Positions 60,620-64,000 of a stretch of 64,000 bases of DNA are shown here, piece by piece; the stretch's first letter is position 1, and each line of letters begins with the position of its first letter. The notes under the pieces are model-generated. The model was not told the origin of the DNA and did not search any database. It saw only the letters and a list, made by a program, of their open reading frames with translations. The position numbers and the translations under genes are program-made. The stretch spans positions 25,916,001-25,980,000 of the forward strand of contig OZ038379.1 of NCBI GenBank assembly GCA_964036045.1. Direction: 5' to 3'. This DNA is from Eutreptiella sp. 'Long Island Sound 2002' (taxonomy: Eukaryota > Protista > Euglenida).

Positions 60620-61646
60620 GTCTGCCCCGTCTTCACTTGGCTTCCAGGGCCTCACAAGGTGGGCCCCTGGCCGCATGCCACTGCAGGCCTCTGTTGCAGG
60701 GCTGCGCTGTGCCTATGCGCAGGCCACCGCAGCCGAAGAGCATGGCCGCAAATGCATGCGCGAACACCCACACCCGCACTCACGCTCGACCGCCCAGCCC
60801 ACCCCCTGCACGACGTTGGGTCCACCCGATGATCCCACCGGCCGCCGGTTGATTTAGGACTAACGAGGCCTTGCCCTTCGATGTTGGGGCTGGAATCCGT
60901 GAGGAACAGACGCGGTGGTTGCGGAGGGCTGGACGCGAGATTGAAGGCAAACCAGACAGACAGTCATGACGGCAGCACCACACAGACAATGCAAACCTCC
61001 GACCAGCGCGGGAGCAGCCCATCACGCAACTGTGCAACTGACGTCGCTTGAGCTTCCCCGGCCGGTGGTTGGCACGCAGGACGTACTACCGAAGATGTTT
61101 AAGACGGGCCGCTACTTCACGTGGCGCCAGGGACCGGGTCCAGAGCCTCCGTTGCTGAAGTCGGCAACGGATGTGTTGGTGCGGGCCACCCCCGGGGGCC
61201 ACCGCCATCAGTTCGTTGGTGTACGGCGCTGCCGAGGGGCTGGAGGACGTCCAACAAAAGGCCCCATCGATTCCCGCCGACCCACTGTTACCCCATCGAC
61301 CACTCAACTGCCCTCAGTGACGTGTTCCGTTGAAGGCCAGAAGAGCTTTTCGAGACCCCATGCCCCCCCCCCTCCTCCCCATTGGACAAGTCATCCGGGG
61401 GCTCCGGTGACACAACCAAAACACGTTCGGACCCACAGAGCGTCAGAATGAGCAGTAGCGAGAGGCCATAGGCGCCGCCAAAGGCAAACCATCTGATACC
61501 GAGGCCTTGTGCCCACCCCCCCCCCCATTGGCCCGAGGTCAGTCACTGCGAAGACCCGGTCCTCTGAGGGGCCTTCGTTGCACGTGCTGGGGCCAGGCGG
61601 GGTGTGGGCCGTGGGGCCTGCACTTCACCGTCCTCCCTCTGCCCAG

Positions 61647-61779
61647 ATCTCAATGGATGGCGTGCCTGAGGCGTACATTGCGCTGTTCACTGCCGAGTCT
61701 CTGGAGAAGATGTTTGAGTGGCAACCAATGATCCAGCGCAAGGCCGACGAGGCCAGGCCATGGGACGTGGCAAAGATGG
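61647..61779 (+). CDS. NRDE2: NRDE2 exon (probable)
   Basis: CCCAG|; ISMDGVPEAYIALFTAESLEKMFEWQPMIQRKADEARPWDVAKM; donor G|GTCTGT. Connections on either side are uncertain (possible exons near 61080-61177 and 62087-62150). Confidence 0.55.
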
Positions 61780-62343
61780 GTCTGTTCTGTGCACGCCCCA
61801 CCACATGTCTGTGCTGGTTTGGGGTCCGTGGGTGCGGCCCCGGGCCTCCCGGTTCAGTCACCCCAAAGACCACCCAAGCCCCCCCCCCTCCCAGGCCCAA
61901 GATGGTGCCGCCGGGTCGAGGCCTTGAGGCCGCGTCTGCCCCCTTGACGGCAGGGGCTATGTGTAGCCACATCATTCCTCTCCGCTCCGCCGACCCAAGC
62001 CCCCCCCCCCCTGAGCAGAAGCTGCGATGTGACCATGGCCCTTCTGGGCCGGGCCCGAAGATAGTGCGGAGGGGTCCAGGTATAGACCTGCTGGGCCGCG
62101 ATTGCCGCGGGGGTGCGGCGGCGGCCGGTGCTGTGCCCCGTCGGCGGTCTTTCATGACCGGGTCTCTTTTCCATGCAACACCCGCCCGGGGACGACGCCC
62201 TGGTCTCGGACAGACCGGCATCCCCCTTCCACCGCTGTGCCCCCGCCCCCTCCCCAACCGCCGTCCAGAGCACTGGGCCATGGCACCCGTTGCCATTGTG
62301 TGTACCGACTGCCCCCCCCCCCCCCCCCCGTCCACTCCTGCAG

Positions 62344-62565
62344 CGGTGCTCTTGTGCCAGACTTTGTTCGGAACGTCTTCGGTCTCGCGTTGGACACGTT
62401 TCCTCAAGACCGGGCGGTGTTGATGATGTGGCTGGAGTGGGAGGCCGCAATGTCAGTGGACGATGCCCTGGCCAAAGGCAAAGAGCTGCTGCAGCGCCAC
62501 CGCACGGACGTTGTGTTGTGGGTGTTCTACGCGCAGCTCCTGCACCGCAATCGGCAGTTTGACAG
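62344..62565 (+). CDS. NRDE2: NRDE2 exon (last identified; gene continues downstream)
   Basis: CTGCAG|; GALVPDFVRNVFGLALDTFP...GKELLQRHRTDVVLWVFYAQLL, matching the F.RN.....L..FP / K.LL...R.D..LW..YA HAT pattern; donor AG|GTCCGG; no stop. Confidence 0.85.
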
Positions 62566-64000
62566 GTCCGGTCCCACGGCCCCCTCCCCGACCACCATCT
62601 CTTGTTGGCGCAGGGGACAGAGGCGGTACTGCGCCCCACGACAAAGGGCTGGGCCCGCACGAGACCGCGGCCCTGGGGCCCGATAACCCCCGCCCCTCGC
62701 GAAGAGAGCGGCCCTCATGCGCAGCCACGGACCAGACATCGCCGGTTCCGGACGGCGGTATGGCCCCCGACAATGCCCCGAACATGGGAGGAGAGTCCTC
62801 CCCCCATTTGCCCTGCGCTCCACCCCCCCACTCCGCATCCGACGGGAGGGACGGGAGGTGCTGGTCTCTGGCAGTGCCTGGCGACGATGTGTCAGGCTCC
62901 CGGTGCTCTTCACCGAGGCGCTCTGGAATGCTTGTCCCAAGGGACGCACTGAGGCCATGGCACTCGACCTCCACGCCTCAACCTCAGACTGACAAGGGGC
63001 TCCGGGGAGGACACAGACGAATGCCCAGTGAAGATGCCCTTTGTCCGGCCGTTTCATCTCATCCCCGACCTTCCCCCATTCCTCACACAAATGCCCCAGT
63101 CCCCCACTGTTCCGAATCGCCCCATTCCCCATGAACGCCTCTGTAGCGCCCCTGACGCACAGCTGCACCTGCAGACATGGATAGGCGGATTGCGAAGATG
63201 GGCGAGGATGATGCATGTCAGACGTTCAAAGTGAGGGCACACCAGAAAGACGGGCAGAGTGGGATGATGGAGGTAGAAGATGCATGTCGGGCGGGGGTGG
63301 GCACAATGGGCATCAGGGAGGACCGGCACGTACACCCACTCACGTGCAAATGCCGTTGTCAAGTCAGGCTACATCCCTGCGACTGACCCGCTCATGTAGC
63401 CCCCTCCCCCGTTGTGTTCAGGGCACGGTCAGGGCGCACTACACAGGCACATGACATGAAAAGAGGCAGAGAGGCCCGCAGTGCAGTATGACGTGCTTCA
63501 TGAAGGCAGAACAGCAGTGCTCACGGGGCCTGCGGTAGGCTGACGCCAGTCAACTAAGGCATCCACTTCAGGTGCTGACAGGAAGCTGTGCTTTGGGAGG
63601 CACACGACTGCAGTGCAGATGAGGTGGGGGGGGCGTGCCACGGTGTTGGCTCGCCTCACCGCCCACAATTTGTTGACGAGGGTTGTGAGCACAGCGGACC
63701 TGCTATGCGATCTAATATGCCTGGGCTGCTGCGTATTGGGTCCGTGCCCCCTTCTTAGATCTAGTGCGTATTGGATGTAGTACACGTAGTAGCGAATGCG
63801 TGGGCACTGTGCACATACCCGTTGACCTGTGTGTCGTCCGCAGACGCCGCGCGCACCCAATGTGCGACGTGCACATGTTGTAGACGCGAACAGGCAATCT
63901 GAAGGAAGGGGCGCAGGTCCCATGCGTGTTAGCTACACCGTATTGGAGGGCCCCACGCTACACTCATTTGGGAGGGGGACGGCTGAAAGCCGGTGCACGG

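Noticed and set aside
62600-64000. Further NRDE2 exons after 62565
   Set aside because: Candidate phase-2 acceptors gave stops or sequence unlike NRDE2; the next exon is not identified.

Overview
Repeat-rich eukaryotic genomic DNA. The genetic code appears standard, introns are GT-AG plus one GC-AG, and poly-C/poly-G tracts are very common. A large-genome protist such as a euglenid is my guess, not established. Two host genes lie on the + strand: an SLC35F6-like transporter (22913-23853 + 34659-34974, split by one 10.8-kb GC-AG intron) and a multi-exon NRDE2 (at least 48900-62565, running out of the window). The main feature is a 10.7-kb full-length APE-type LINE (3290-14027) with an 18-bp target-site duplication and several unusual properties. 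(1) The ORF2 frame stays open across all of ORF1, suggesting about 2 kb of dual coding. (2) ORF1 ends in a TAATG stop-start overlap. (3) A 2A-like GDMHPNPGP motif precedes the endonuclease. (4) A ~125-aa in-frame insert, bounded by GT...AG, sits between the RT QG and YADD motifs. (5) The ~2,800-codon ORF2 is broken only by three in-frame stops, each explicable by one C>T change. The rest is decayed mobile DNA: a LINE zf-RVT/RNase H fragment, two tandem gag-like + tyrosine-recombinase remnants, a DIRS-type RT/RNase H remnant, a second zf-RVT fragment and a MITE. There are also satellites and tRNA-like sequences, including an 85-nt long-variable-arm cloverleaf with a CAT anticodon. All family calls come from motif recognition by eye; no searches were run.
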